Assembly: GCA_965249275.1 (NCBI GenBank)
Contig: CBDFLQ010000006.1
Location: 160,001-224,000, forward strand
DNA: 64,000 nucleotides
Origin: Dehalococcoidia bacterium
GTDB lineage: Bacteria > Chloroflexota > Dehalococcoidia > Plut-88900
Reading direction: 5' to 3'
This document shows positions 30,100 to 39,658 of this stretch, in pieces. A program made the position numbers and the translations under genes. The number at the start of each line of letters is the position of its first letter. Position 1 is the first letter of the stretch. The notes below the pieces were generated by a model, which was given only the letters and a program-made list of their open reading frames with translations, was not told the DNA's origin and ran no database searches.

Positions 30100-30798
30100 C
30101 TAATGCAGGCCTCGGCCTCTCCCGCTCTCCCCTTCCTCCTCCAAGATCCCCTTCACCACATCGGGAAAGTCCGACACCACCCCATCCACCCCCAACCCCA
30201 ATAACGTACTTACTCCCTTCGAGTCCTCCACCCCCCACCCAAACACCATCCTCCCTGACGCCTGTACTCTATCCACCAATTCTCGCGTTATGTGAAGCAC
30301 ACGCACCCCGACAACCTCACACCCAAGTGTTGCTAACACCACCTCGGGGTTCTCAGGCGGAGAATCCACTATCAACCCCAGCCGGATCCCTGACTTGACA
30401 TCTCGCACCCTCATCAAAAGCTCCGCATCAAAGGAGCATATCCCAACTTTTCCCTCCCCATCAAAAGCTTGAATCACCTCTATAATGCATCCCAATGACC
30501 GCACTTCCTTGAACTCCAGCACAACACCCACCCTCCCCCGACACAAATCCAGCGCCTCCTCCAAAGTCGGCGCCCGACACCCGTCCCCCACATCCAGCCC
30601 CATTACTTCACCCAGTGCCATTTCCCGAATGACCCGTCCCCCAATAATCGGATCGTGAGCCAACACAAAACCCCCGTCCCGAGTCTCCTGAACGTCCACC
30701 TCAACCGCGTCCACCCCGAGATTTATCGCCGCCCCTATCGCCTCCAGCGTGTTCCCCGGCCAATCCCTCGTATACCCCCGATGCGCAATGTTCAACAT
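30100..30798 (-). CDS. Glycerophosphodiester phosphodiesterase
   Basis: IAHRG, GNTLEA, EVDVQETRDG, LAHD and GVDGVVSDFP motifs. Confidence 0.9.
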   Translation of the reverse strand: MLNIAHRGYTRDWPGNTLEAIGAAINLGVDAVEVDVQETRDGGFVLAHDPIIGGRVIREMALGEVMGLDVGDGCRAPTLEEALDLCRGRVGVVLEFKEVRSLGCIIEVIQAFDGEGKVGICSFDAELLMRVRDVKSGIRLGLIVDSPPENPEVVLATLGCEVVGVRVLHITRELVDRVQASGRMVFGWGVEDSKGVSTLLGLGVDGVVSDFPDVVKGILEEEGESGRGRGLH

Positions 30799-30848
30799 CC
30801 CTCTTCCATCTCTCTAAAGTTAGTCACCCTTGCCTATGCGGGCGGGGA

Positions 30849-30909
30849 GCGTCCGAATTCCGTTCGGCCTGAGCAGAGTCGAAGGGTCTCAAGAACGGAA
30901 TTCGGGCGC
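30849..30909 (+). repeat. CCGTTC-CTGAGC-GTCGAAGG REP-like hairpin
   Basis: gcgtccgaattccgttc...gaacggaattcgggcgc; family also at 45205, 50183, 56808 and 62043. Confidence 0.8.
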
Positions 30910-30998
30910 TGGTGCCGGGCATCCCTGCCACTCACTCCCACCCCTCCCAATGCTACAATCTACACCTATCCCGCAACGCGGCAAATCAGGAGCCATTC

Positions 30999-32696
30999 AT
31001 GCGACTCTCCCGAATGTTCGGTAAGACTCTTAGAAGCGAGCCCGCAGAGGCCGAGTCCATAAGCCACCGCCTCATGCTCAAGGCTGGCATGGTCCACCAG
31101 GTCTCCGCCGGCGTCTACAGCTACATGCCCCTCGCATGGAGAGTCCTCCGCAACATCGAAAACATAATCCGTGAAGAGATGAACGCCGCCGGTGGTCAGG
31201 AAGTCAGAATGCCCGTTATCCAGCCTCTGGAACTCTGGGAAACCACGGGCCGAGCCTCAGCCTTCGGTGACAACCTCTTTAAGTTCAAGGATCGCCGAGA
31301 CCGTCCCATGTGCCTGGCCCCCACCCATGAGGAAGTCATCACCCAGATGGCTATCCAGCACATCCACAGCTACAAAGACATGCCCCAGATGCCCTACCAG
31401 ATCCAGACCAAGCTGCGTGACGAGCCTCGACCCCGCGCCGGTCTCATGCGCGTCCGGGAGTTCGATATGAAGGACCTCTACAGCATGGATGTCGACCAGG
31501 ATGCCCTAGATGTCAGCTACGAAAAGATGGTCCAGGCCTACAAGAACATCTACCGGCGCTGCGGCCTCCCCGCCCTTGCCGTCGAGGCTGACAGCGGTGC
31601 CATCGGCGGCAAGGACTCCCACGAGTTTATCCTCATCGCAGATAGCGGCGAGGACCAGATTGTCCAATGCTCTGGCTGCGGCTTTGCCGCCAACCTTGAG
31701 CGGGCCTCGGGTGTTAAGTCACCCCAGCCCAATACAGGACCCATGCCCCTTGAAGAGGTTGCGACCCCCGGCATCAAAACCATTAAGGGTCTCGCCGATT
31801 TCATCGGAGTCCCTGAATCCAAGACCCTCAAAGCCGTCTTCTACTCCGCCGACGGCGAAATCGTTTTCGTAGTCATCCGCGGCGACCTCGAAGTCAACGA
31901 CGTCAAGCTCAAGAACCTCCTTCATGCCACCGACCTCCGTCTCGCCACCGACGAAGAAGTAAAGGCCGCAGGCCTTGTCGCCGGTTCCGCCTCTCCCGTT
32001 GGGAGGGGAGACTTGAAGTGCATCGCCGACGACTCCATTGAGCTCGGCGACAACTTTGTGGTCGGCGCCAACAAGCCCGACACCCACCTCCTTAACGCCA
32101 ACTATCCCCGTGACTTCCGCGCCGACGCTATCACTGACATCGCCGAAGTCCAGTCCGGCCAGGGTTGCACCCGGTGCGGTGAGCCCCTGTCCATAACCCG
32201 CGGCATTGAGGTCGGCCACGTATTCAAGCTCGGCACCTTCTTCAGCGAAGCCCTAGGCGCGTATTATTCAGACCGCGAAGGGCACCAGAAACCCATAGTC
32301 ATGGGTTGCTACGGCATCGGCGTAGGTAGGCTCATGGCCGCCGCCATGGAGCAGAACCACGACGAGCACGGCATTGTCTGGCCCCTCCCCATCGCCCCCT
32401 ACCAGGTGCATCTCTGCGCCCTGTCCCTGGACCGGCCCGGCGTCGCCGAGGCCGCAGACCAACTCTACGAATCCCTTGAATCCGCTGGCCTGGAGGTCCT
32501 CTACGACGACCGGGACGAGTCCCCCGGCGTCAAGTTTAATGACGCCGATCTCCTCGGCATCCCAGTACGCCTCACCGTCAGCCCTCGCAACCTCAAACAG
32601 GACGCCGTCGAAATCACTGACCGTACCACCCTCGAAAAACGCATGGCCCCCATGTCCGGCGCCGTGACCGAGGCTAAGGCCATGCTCGGTGTGTAG
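30999..32696 (+). CDS. proS: Proline--tRNA ligase (with editing domain)
   Basis: LAPTHEE, RDEPRPRAGLMRVREFDMKD, GIEVGHVFKLG and MGCYGIG motifs. Confidence 0.98.
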   Translation: MRLSRMFGKTLRSEPAEAESISHRLMLKAGMVHQVSAGVYSYMPLAWRVLRNIENIIREEMNAAGGQEVRMPVIQPLELWETTGRASAFGDNLFKFKDRRDRPMCLAPTHEEVITQMAIQHIHSYKDMPQMPYQIQTKLRDEPRPRAGLMRVREFDMKDLYSMDVDQDALDVSYEKMVQAYKNIYRRCGLPALAVEADSGAIGGKDSHEFILIADSGEDQIVQCSGCGFAANLERASGVKSPQPNTGPMPLEEVATPGIKTIKGLADFIGVPESKTLKAVFYSADGEIVFVVIRGDLEVNDVKLKNLLHATDLRLATDEEVKAAGLVAGSASPVGRGDLKCIADDSIELGDNFVVGANKPDTHLLNANYPRDFRADAITDIAEVQSGQGCTRCGEPLSITRGIEVGHVFKLGTFFSEALGAYYSDREGHQKPIVMGCYGIGVGRLMAAAMEQNHDEHGIVWPLPIAPYQVHLCALSLDRPGVAEAADQLYESLESAGLEVLYDDRDESPGVKFNDADLLGIPVRLTVSPRNLKQDAVEITDRTTLEKRMAPMSGAVTEAKAMLGV

Positions 32697-32780
32697 TGGC
32701 GGTAGTTTGATTGCCCGACAAGCGGATAGTATGATGGCCTCAACCGGCCCCACCCCACCCACACCGAAAGGAAGCGTCTC

Positions 32781-33938
32781 GTGACAAAAAATGGCTTCAA
32801 GGTCATGGACAGCGATATGCACGTCAACGAGACTTGGGACGTGTGGCTCAACAACATCGATCCCGAATACCGTGATCTCGCCCCCGTCGGTATAACCAAA
32901 GAGCAATTGGTCATGAACATGGCCATCCAGGGAAAACCCATAGCTGGCTTTCTAGCTAACGCCGACATCCAAGTCCACGAGGAAGAATCAAACCGCCGCA
33001 AGGTAGAGGCCGAGCACGGGAACAAATACTTGAAGCTCGCCATAGAACGGGGTTTCGACCCCGTGTCCCAGCTCCACGCCATGGATACTGAGGGACTGGA
33101 CTTGGCCATTATCTTCCCCACCCGCGGCATGTCAGTCGCCGGCGTCCCATATGAAGACGGCAGATACGCGGGCGCCGTGGCTCGTGCCTACAACGATTGG
33201 ATCTCCGAGTTCTGCAGCCAGGACCCGGCCAAGATGCGCCCCGCAGCCATGATCCTGGCCTCCGACGTCGATGAGGCAGTCACAGAGGTCCGCCGCACCC
33301 GCGAAGAGATGGGATTCCTCTCCGCCTACCTTCACCCGAATCCCCTCCGCGGCCGCAATTGGCACAACCCCGTCTACGACCCCTTCTGGCAGGAATGCCA
33401 GGACCTTGATATGCCCATTACTTTCCACGAGACCTTTAAGTGCAGCCTGCCCCAGGGCATCGCCGATCGCTTCTACAACGAGCCGGACAAAATCTGGACT
33501 ATGGGCCACGTTGCCTGCCATCCGATTGAGCAGATGTACGCGTGCCTCTGCTTCTGCGCAGGCGGTATTCTCGATCACTATTCTGACCTAAGGGTCGCCT
33601 TCCTGGAATGCAATACCGGCTGGCTCCCCTTCTGGCTCTGGCGTATGGACGAGCACTACGAGCATCGCATAGACCAAGCATCTCGCTACCAGTCCATCCT
33701 CCCCAGTGAATGCTTCAAGCGCCAGTGCTACCTTGCCATAGACCCCGACGAAGGCCCCTCCAAATATGCCGTCGACTGGATCGGCGACGATAATTTCGTA
33801 TTCTCTACCGACTACCCCCACGCCGACGGCAAGTACCCTTTCGCCATCGACGAATTTCTGAAACTGCCCCTGACCGAAGAGTCCAAGAAAAAGGTCCTCT
33901 GGGACAATTGCGCCAAGCTATACGGCATCGCGAACTGA
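32781..33938 (+). CDS. Amidohydrolase family protein
   Basis: MDSDMHV, TFHE, AFLEC and FSTDYPHAD motifs. Confidence 0.9.
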   Translation: MTKNGFKVMDSDMHVNETWDVWLNNIDPEYRDLAPVGITKEQLVMNMAIQGKPIAGFLANADIQVHEEESNRRKVEAEHGNKYLKLAIERGFDPVSQLHAMDTEGLDLAIIFPTRGMSVAGVPYEDGRYAGAVARAYNDWISEFCSQDPAKMRPAAMILASDVDEAVTEVRRTREEMGFLSAYLHPNPLRGRNWHNPVYDPFWQECQDLDMPITFHETFKCSLPQGIADRFYNEPDKIWTMGHVACHPIEQMYACLCFCAGGILDHYSDLRVAFLECNTGWLPFWLWRMDEHYEHRIDQASRYQSILPSECFKRQCYLAIDPDEGPSKYAVDWIGDDNFVFSTDYPHADGKYPFAIDEFLKLPLTEESKKKVLWDNCAKLYGIAN

Positions 33939-33953
33939 GAAAGGAACCCCCCA

Positions 33954-35111
33954 ATGGCAAAGAACGGCTTTAAAATCATGGACAGTGACATGCACACCCA
34001 CGAGCCTTGGGACCTCTGGCTCAACTACATCGACCTCGCCTTCAAGGACCGCGCCCCCATCGGCACCAGCAAAGACCCCGTCGACATGAACACCACAATC
34101 GAGGGGGATATTCTCGGCGCTTTCCTCTCCAACCAGAAACACCTCGATCATGATGAGGAGAAGGCACGACTCAACATCTCTCATTCCCGCAGCAGCAAAT
34201 ACATGCAGGAGGGCATAGACCGCCGCTTCGACCCCGTTTCCCAGGTCAACGCCATGGAGGTCGAGGGCCTTGACGTCGCCAACCTCTACCCCTCCCGAGG
34301 CATGGTAGTCGCGGGCGTGGACTACGAGGACGAGCCCTTCGCCGACGCCATCGCCAAGGCCTACAACAACTGGCTCGCCGACTTCTGCTCCGAGAGCCCC
34401 GCCCGCCTTAAAGGTGTGGCAATGATCTTGTGTTCCAATATAGACAACGCCGTCGCCGAGGTTCGCCGTACCCGCGAAGAGCTCGATTTCGTCGGCATCT
34501 ATCTGCACCCGAACCCCATTCGAGGCCGCAACTGGCATAGCAACGAATACGACCGCCTGTGGGCCGTGTGCCAGGAGCTCGACATGGCCGTCACCTTCCA
34601 CGAAACCTTTAAGTGCAATCTCCCCCAGGCCATCGCGGACCGCTTCTATGACGAACCGGACAGGATATGGACCATGGGCCATGTCGCCTGCCATCCCATT
34701 GAGCAGATGTACGCCGCGCTCTGCATGTGCGCCGGTGGCATCCTGGAGAAGTTCCCCGGCATCCGGGTCGCCCACCTGGAGTGCAACTCCAGCTGGCTCC
34801 CCTTCTGGCTCTGGCGTATGGATGAGCACCACGAGCACCGGGAAGAGCAGGCCTCGAAGTACCTGAACATGCTACCCAGCGAGTACTTCAAGCGCCAGTG
34901 CTTCGCCGTCATCGACCCGGACGAAGAGCCCTCCAAGTACGCCATCGACTGGGTCGGCGATGATAATTTCGTCTTCTCAACCGACTACCCCCACCCCGAC
35001 TCCATTTACCCCTTCGCCACCGACAGTTTCCTAAAACTCCCCCTCAGCGAAGAAGCTAAGAAGAAGGTAATGTGGGACAACTGCACCCGTCTCTACTCCC
35101 TCTCCGTATGA
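33954..35111 (+). CDS. Amidohydrolase family protein, tandem paralog
   Basis: Same length (385 aa) as the upstream gene, with long identical motifs. Confidence 0.9.
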   Translation: MAKNGFKIMDSDMHTHEPWDLWLNYIDLAFKDRAPIGTSKDPVDMNTTIEGDILGAFLSNQKHLDHDEEKARLNISHSRSSKYMQEGIDRRFDPVSQVNAMEVEGLDVANLYPSRGMVVAGVDYEDEPFADAIAKAYNNWLADFCSESPARLKGVAMILCSNIDNAVAEVRRTREELDFVGIYLHPNPIRGRNWHSNEYDRLWAVCQELDMAVTFHETFKCNLPQAIADRFYDEPDRIWTMGHVACHPIEQMYAALCMCAGGILEKFPGIRVAHLECNSSWLPFWLWRMDEHHEHREEQASKYLNMLPSEYFKRQCFAVIDPDEEPSKYAIDWVGDDNFVFSTDYPHPDSIYPFATDSFLKLPLSEEAKKKVMWDNCTRLYSLSV

Positions 35112-35164
35112 CCCGACTTCGTCAAAATTACAAACTTATCCCTCGAGGACACCTTCAAATAACC

Positions 35165-35245
35165 GTCATTCCGAGGCTTCGCGAGGAATCTGGGGCGGGG
35201 TCCCGTCCCCTCTCCCTTGACGGGAGAGGGCTAGGGTGAGGGTGA
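35165..35245 (+). repeat. Adjacent GTCATTCCG REP and CCCTCTCCC-TTGAC-GGGAGAGGG hairpin
   Basis: gtcattccgaggcttcgcgaggaatct followed by ccctctcccttgacgggagagggctagggtgagggtg. Confidence 0.85.
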
Positions 35246-35273
35246 ATCTACTCAAACCAAAAAGGAGCCCAAA

Positions 35274-36446
35274 TTGGCACACAAAGCAGACGTAGTAGTC
35301 ATCGGTGGCGGCATCGTAGGCACCGCCTGCGCCTACTTCCTCACTGAGGCCGGAGCCAAAGTCATCATCCTTGAGCGCGACGCCCTCGGCAGTGGCGCAT
35401 CGGGTCACGGCGCCGGAGCTTTTGGAGTCCCCCTTCACTGGATCGAGCCCCCATTCCACGCCGACTTCATGCGCCGTGCCGTCCGCTTTCTCAAATACGT
35501 CGTCCCCGACGTCGCCGAGCAAGCGGGTATCGACATTTTGATGAGAGAGATGCCCTGGATGGAAATTGCACGTAGCCAGCCCACCTGGGACTACATGCTC
35601 GAATGGGGCCCGACCTCCGGCCAAGTCATGCTCACACCTGAGGATATCCGGCGCATAGAGCCCCGTCTCTCCGGTCCCATCCTCGGCGGTATGATGGATG
35701 AAGCAGCCGGGCAATTGGACGCCTACAGGACCACCTTGGCCTACGCCAAAGCCGCCGAGAACCGCGGCGCTGAAGTCGTGATCGGCGAAGCTACTGGCCT
35801 TAGGCAAAGCGGGGGCAAAATCACCGGCGTCGAATCATCCGTCGGTACCATAGAGTGCGACGGAGCAGTCCTGGCAATGGGTGCCTGGACTGGCGTGGCC
35901 AAAGAATGGACTGAGTTCCCCTTGGAGATCAGCGCAATGAAGGGTGAAATCCTCACCCTCCGCAAACCTGATGAGGACTACTGGCCCTACTGGGTCGCCA
36001 GCTACGAGACCTCCGACAACGGTGAAGAGCTGCCCATCTACCTCCATCGCCGAGCCAACGGCCTCATCTACGCCGGCACCACCGCCGAGCCAGACATATT
36101 CGACAACATTCCCACCGCCGCCGCCCGTCAGGGCATCCTCGAACGCGCCTCCCGGATGATGCCATTCATAGAAGACGCAGAGCTCGTCGAGCACCTCGCC
36201 GGCCCTAGGCCCAATCCCGCAGACGGCATCACCGTCCTCGGAGGAGTTCCTGGCTGGGAAGGCCTGTTCGCCGCCGTGACCCTTCCCGGCATCCTCTGCA
36301 GTGCCTACCTGGGTAAGATCATCGCAGATCTCGTCTTCGACCGACCCCTCCCCACCGACATCGAAAAGCTCAAGCCCGACCGGTTCACCCAACCCCTAAC
36401 CACCCAATACGGATACCACAAACTAGTCGCCGACAGAGGCATCTAA
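35274..36446 (+). CDS. FAD-dependent oxidoreductase (DAO/glycine oxidase family)
   Basis: VVVIGGGIVG, GASGHGAG, LAMGAW, KGE and AGPRP motifs; TTG start after AAGGAG. Confidence 0.88.
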   Translation: MAHKADVVVIGGGIVGTACAYFLTEAGAKVIILERDALGSGASGHGAGAFGVPLHWIEPPFHADFMRRAVRFLKYVVPDVAEQAGIDILMREMPWMEIARSQPTWDYMLEWGPTSGQVMLTPEDIRRIEPRLSGPILGGMMDEAAGQLDAYRTTLAYAKAAENRGAEVVIGEATGLRQSGGKITGVESSVGTIECDGAVLAMGAWTGVAKEWTEFPLEISAMKGEILTLRKPDEDYWPYWVASYETSDNGEELPIYLHRRANGLIYAGTTAEPDIFDNIPTAAARQGILERASRMMPFIEDAELVEHLAGPRPNPADGITVLGGVPGWEGLFAAVTLPGILCSAYLGKIIADLVFDRPLPTDIEKLKPDRFTQPLTTQYGYHKLVADRGI

Positions 36447-36451
36447 CAGAC

Positions 36452-36718
36452 TCACCGGTACGCCTCATCCCGTCTCGCGACCCTCAATATCAGGACGCGA
36501 AGGACAGCGTCTTGAAGTTCGCACAAAACTCGATAATTCCCAACTCTGTAACGCCACAGTCCTGCCAGAGGACCGGTCAAGGCATGCCCTGCAGTGCGTG
36601 GGTCTCCTGATTGTGCAACCCGCAGCTCCATGTAACCGGCAACCCACCGCGCCGTTTGGTTATCCAGCTTTCGCAGTTGGGGTCTCGCAATCTCAGTGTA
36701 TTCAATCGTCCAAGCCAA
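36452..36718 (-). CDS. RelE/ParE family toxin
   Basis: AWTIEY...QLRKLD...GHALTGPLAGLWRYRVGNYRVLC; TTG start overlaps the antitoxin stop region. Confidence 0.9.
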   Translation of the reverse strand: MAWTIEYTEIARPQLRKLDNQTARWVAGYMELRVAQSGDPRTAGHALTGPLAGLWRYRVGNYRVLCELQDAVLRVLILRVARRDEAYR

Positions 36719-36929
36719 GCTCTCTCCTGACTTCGGCGGCAGAATACACCTGCACCTGACCCTTGCGAACTCGTTCGAGGACATCAGCCGCTAGATAATA
36801 ATCTTCCATATCATCTAGCCCGCGCTCAATGATCTCCCGTAGATAGAAAGCCTTAGTGCGTCCCGTTTGGGAAGCCAGAAAGGCTAGCCGCTCCTCTGTT
36901 TCAGGCGACAATCGAATTGACGTAGCCAC
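36702..36929 (-). CDS. RelB/CopG-type ribbon-helix-helix antitoxin
   Basis: ATSIRLSPETEERL...TGRTKAFYLREII...DMEDYYLA. Confidence 0.9.
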   Translation of the reverse strand: MATSIRLSPETEERLAFLASQTGRTKAFYLREIIERGLDDMEDYYLAADVLERVRKGQVQVYSAAEVRRELGLDD

Positions 36930-36990
36930 AAACCGTCTCCCGGGGCGTGATATGTGTATTCATTGAATCACGCCCAACAACGTGTTCCCC

Positions 36991-38007
36991 CTACTCCCCA
37001 CCCACAATAATCTTCGACAAACTATCCCCCTCAACGTTGGCGACCCACACATTCTTCCCGTCGAAGGCCAAAGACACGGGCCCCTTGCCCACATCGAACC
37101 TCCCCAGGCGTAGCCCCGTCAGCGACAACCTCATCACGTTGTTGCTGCCTGCGTTGGCCACCCATACCGTCTCTCCATCGAACAGGATGTCCACGGGCCC
37201 GTTCCCGACCTTGAACTCTCCCAACCGGGTCCCGTCCAGGGCCAACCTCGTCACCGAATCTGCCATATCATCTTCCAGAGGGCCACTGTTCGCGATCCAC
37301 ATGCTGCTCCCATCGAAGGCTAGTGCTATCGGCCGTACCCCAACCTCGTACTCTGCCACCACCCGACCATCCCCATCCAGCTTCTGGACCGTGCTCCCCT
37401 CCGAGGTCGGCGACCCCAAGATTGTCACCCAAACATGCTCCCCATCAAACGCCAGCCCTGAGGGCCCGTCCCCCACCCCGAACGTCCCCAATATCGCCCC
37501 CTCTTTAGATATCTTTGTTGCCGAGTCTTCAGTCGGGTTGACGACCCATAAGTTCTCCCCATCAAACGTCATCGCAAATGGGGAATTGCCTGCTTCATAT
37601 ACCCCCAGTTCGGCCCCTTCCCCCGACAGCCTCACCACCCTGCTTCCCGGTTCAGTCGGGATCCCCAGCTCGGCTACCCACACATCCTCGCCGTCGAAAA
37701 GGATTGTTCCGGGAGTCCTCCCAATATCAAAGCTGCCCATCTCCGTCCCATCTAGCCCAAACCGCAGCACCTCCGTGTTCAATGTATCCAGCCTCCCGAC
37801 GCTCGACACCCAAATACTCTCACCATCCGACTCCAGATGCGTCGGCGCGATCAAGCCCAGGTCGAACTTCTCAACCCTCGGCGGTATGTCTCCGGATTCG
37901 ACTATCGGTATTGGCGTCGGCGTTGCATATGCCCCGCCGCAGCCCAACCCCACCAAGATCGTTATTAAAGCCAACGTTGCGAATGCCAAATATCTTCTAA
38001 CGTTCAT
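36991..38007 (-). CDS. Beta-propeller (YVTN/NHL/Vgb-like repeat) lipoprotein
   Basis: Lipobox-like LGC; about seven repeats of VGxxPxxLAFDGxxVWVAN. Confidence 0.85.
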   Translation of the reverse strand: MNVRRYLAFATLALITILVGLGCGGAYATPTPIPIVESGDIPPRVEKFDLGLIAPTHLESDGESIWVSSVGRLDTLNTEVLRFGLDGTEMGSFDIGRTPGTILFDGEDVWVAELGIPTEPGSRVVRLSGEGAELGVYEAGNSPFAMTFDGENLWVVNPTEDSATKISKEGAILGTFGVGDGPSGLAFDGEHVWVTILGSPTSEGSTVQKLDGDGRVVAEYEVGVRPIALAFDGSSMWIANSGPLEDDMADSVTRLALDGTRLGEFKVGNGPVDILFDGETVWVANAGSNNVMRLSLTGLRLGRFDVGKGPVSLAFDGKNVWVANVEGDSLSKIIVGGE

Positions 38008-38154
38008 CTATGTTGAAGAGCCCCTTATCGGTTTAGAAATTTCAGCTTCCATACTCTATACGCTCGCGCCTCGGGTTGAACAGGTGACCGGGAGGCCCTG
38101 GACCCGTGCAATGCTATACTTTCTCTACGAAAATCCGAATGCAGGCATGGCAAA

Positions 38155-39381
38155 ATGGCACAGAATGAGTCCTACGTAATTGTTGGAGCGGGCATAGCCG
38201 GCGGCACGGCCGCCGAGACCCTCCGAAAACAGGGTTTCGACGGTGAAGTCCACCTCGTGGGTGCTGAGCCCCACCGGCCCTATGACAGGCCACCCCTCTC
38301 CAAGGAGTTCCTGAGCGGCGCCAAAGAGGAATCCAAGCTCTTTTTCAAGACGGAAGACTTCTACGCTGAACAGTCCATAGAGCTACACCTCAGCGCCGAG
38401 GCTACCTTTCTCGACGCCTCCTCCAACACCGTGACCCTATCCAACGGCGAGTCCCTCCACTACGACAAGCTTCTCCTCGCCACGGGGTCGCAGGTCAGAA
38501 AGCTGCCCATCCCCGGCTCAAACCTCGACGGCGTCCACTATCTCCGTAACATAGAGGATTCCAAGGCCATCGCCCAGTCCATGAAAGGCGCTGGTAGGGT
38601 GGTTGTAGTCGGGGCCGGGTTCATTGGCTCCGAGGTCGCCGCAGTCTGCAAGACCGCCGGTCTCGAAGTCACCGTCCTTGAAATCCAGCCTCAGCCCATG
38701 GCCCACATCCTCGGACCCGAGATGGGCGCAATCTACGCCAACCTCCACACGAGCCGGGGCATCGACCTCCGGCTTGGCGAATGCATCTCCGAAATTCGAG
38801 GCCAGACCCGCGCCCAGCAGGTTATCACCGACAAAGGCAACGCCATCGACTGCGATCTCGTAGTCATAGGCGTAGGCATCGCCCCCGACACCTCTCTCGC
38901 TGAGGCCGCCGGCCTTGACGTCGAAGGAGGCATTCTCATCAACGAGCACTGCCGTACCTCCCACCCCAACATATTCGCAGCCGGGGACGTGGCCAACTGG
39001 TTCCACCCCGGCCTAGGCCATCGGATCCGGGTCGAGCATTGGGACAATGCCCTCAACCAAGGCGCTGCCGCGGCAAAGTCGATGCTCGGCAAACCCGAGA
39101 CCTACGCCCCTGTCCTCTACTTCTGGTCCGACCAGTACGACCTCAACATCCAGTACCTGGGCCATGCCACCGAATGGGACGATATCGCCGTCCGAGGCGA
39201 CCCCGCGGAGGAAAAGTTCTCTGCCTTCTACCTGAAAGACGGCTCGGTCCATGGCGCCCTCATCGTGAACAACTTCCGCGACATCAGGCCCACCCGCACC
39301 CTAATCGGCCAGAAAACCCCCGTCGACGCCAACTCCCTCTCCGACACATCCACCAACCTCAAACAACTGGCCCGCGGGTAG
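38155..39381 (+). CDS. Ferredoxin--NAD(P)+ reductase (P450/dioxygenase-type)
   Basis: GAGIAG, YDRPPLSK, LLATG, GAGFIG, AAGDVA, RVEHW and FWSDQY motifs. Confidence 0.92.
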   Translation: MAQNESYVIVGAGIAGGTAAETLRKQGFDGEVHLVGAEPHRPYDRPPLSKEFLSGAKEESKLFFKTEDFYAEQSIELHLSAEATFLDASSNTVTLSNGESLHYDKLLLATGSQVRKLPIPGSNLDGVHYLRNIEDSKAIAQSMKGAGRVVVVGAGFIGSEVAAVCKTAGLEVTVLEIQPQPMAHILGPEMGAIYANLHTSRGIDLRLGECISEIRGQTRAQQVITDKGNAIDCDLVVIGVGIAPDTSLAEAAGLDVEGGILINEHCRTSHPNIFAAGDVANWFHPGLGHRIRVEHWDNALNQGAAAAKSMLGKPETYAPVLYFWSDQYDLNIQYLGHATEWDDIAVRGDPAEEKFSAFYLKDGSVHGALIVNNFRDIRPTRTLIGQKTPVDANSLSDTSTNLKQLARG

Positions 39382-39429
39382 TCCCGCCAGTAGGTCTAGG
39401 GGACGGATTCCGGTCCCCTCTCCCTCGAT

Positions 39430-39559
39430 GACACCTCTGCATAACCTGTGTTGGAGGGGCGTGGGGCCGCTCGTGCTGAGGCTCTCGAAGTATGAGTGGG
39501 GGGATGTCAGGCGATCTGGACGGAACAACAGATGCAATCTACAGTTACACAGAGGTCCC
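39430..39559. mobile_element. 130-bp MITE with 16-bp imperfect TIRs and 5-bp TSD (TCGAT)
   Basis: tcgat|gacacctctgcataac...gttacacagaggtccc|tcgat, inside a ccctctccc hairpin. Confidence 0.8.
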
Positions 39560-39658
39560 TCGATGGGTCGTAGATGCGCCGAGGCGTGAACGGGCAAGGG
39601 CCGTAGGCTCGCCTAAGAGAGTGAGGATGTTTCATCAAAGAGGCACCCCCCCACCCCC

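Noticed and set aside
36947-38179. 410-aa plus-strand ORF
   Set aside because: Ser/Pro-rich mirror of the minus-strand beta-propeller gene.
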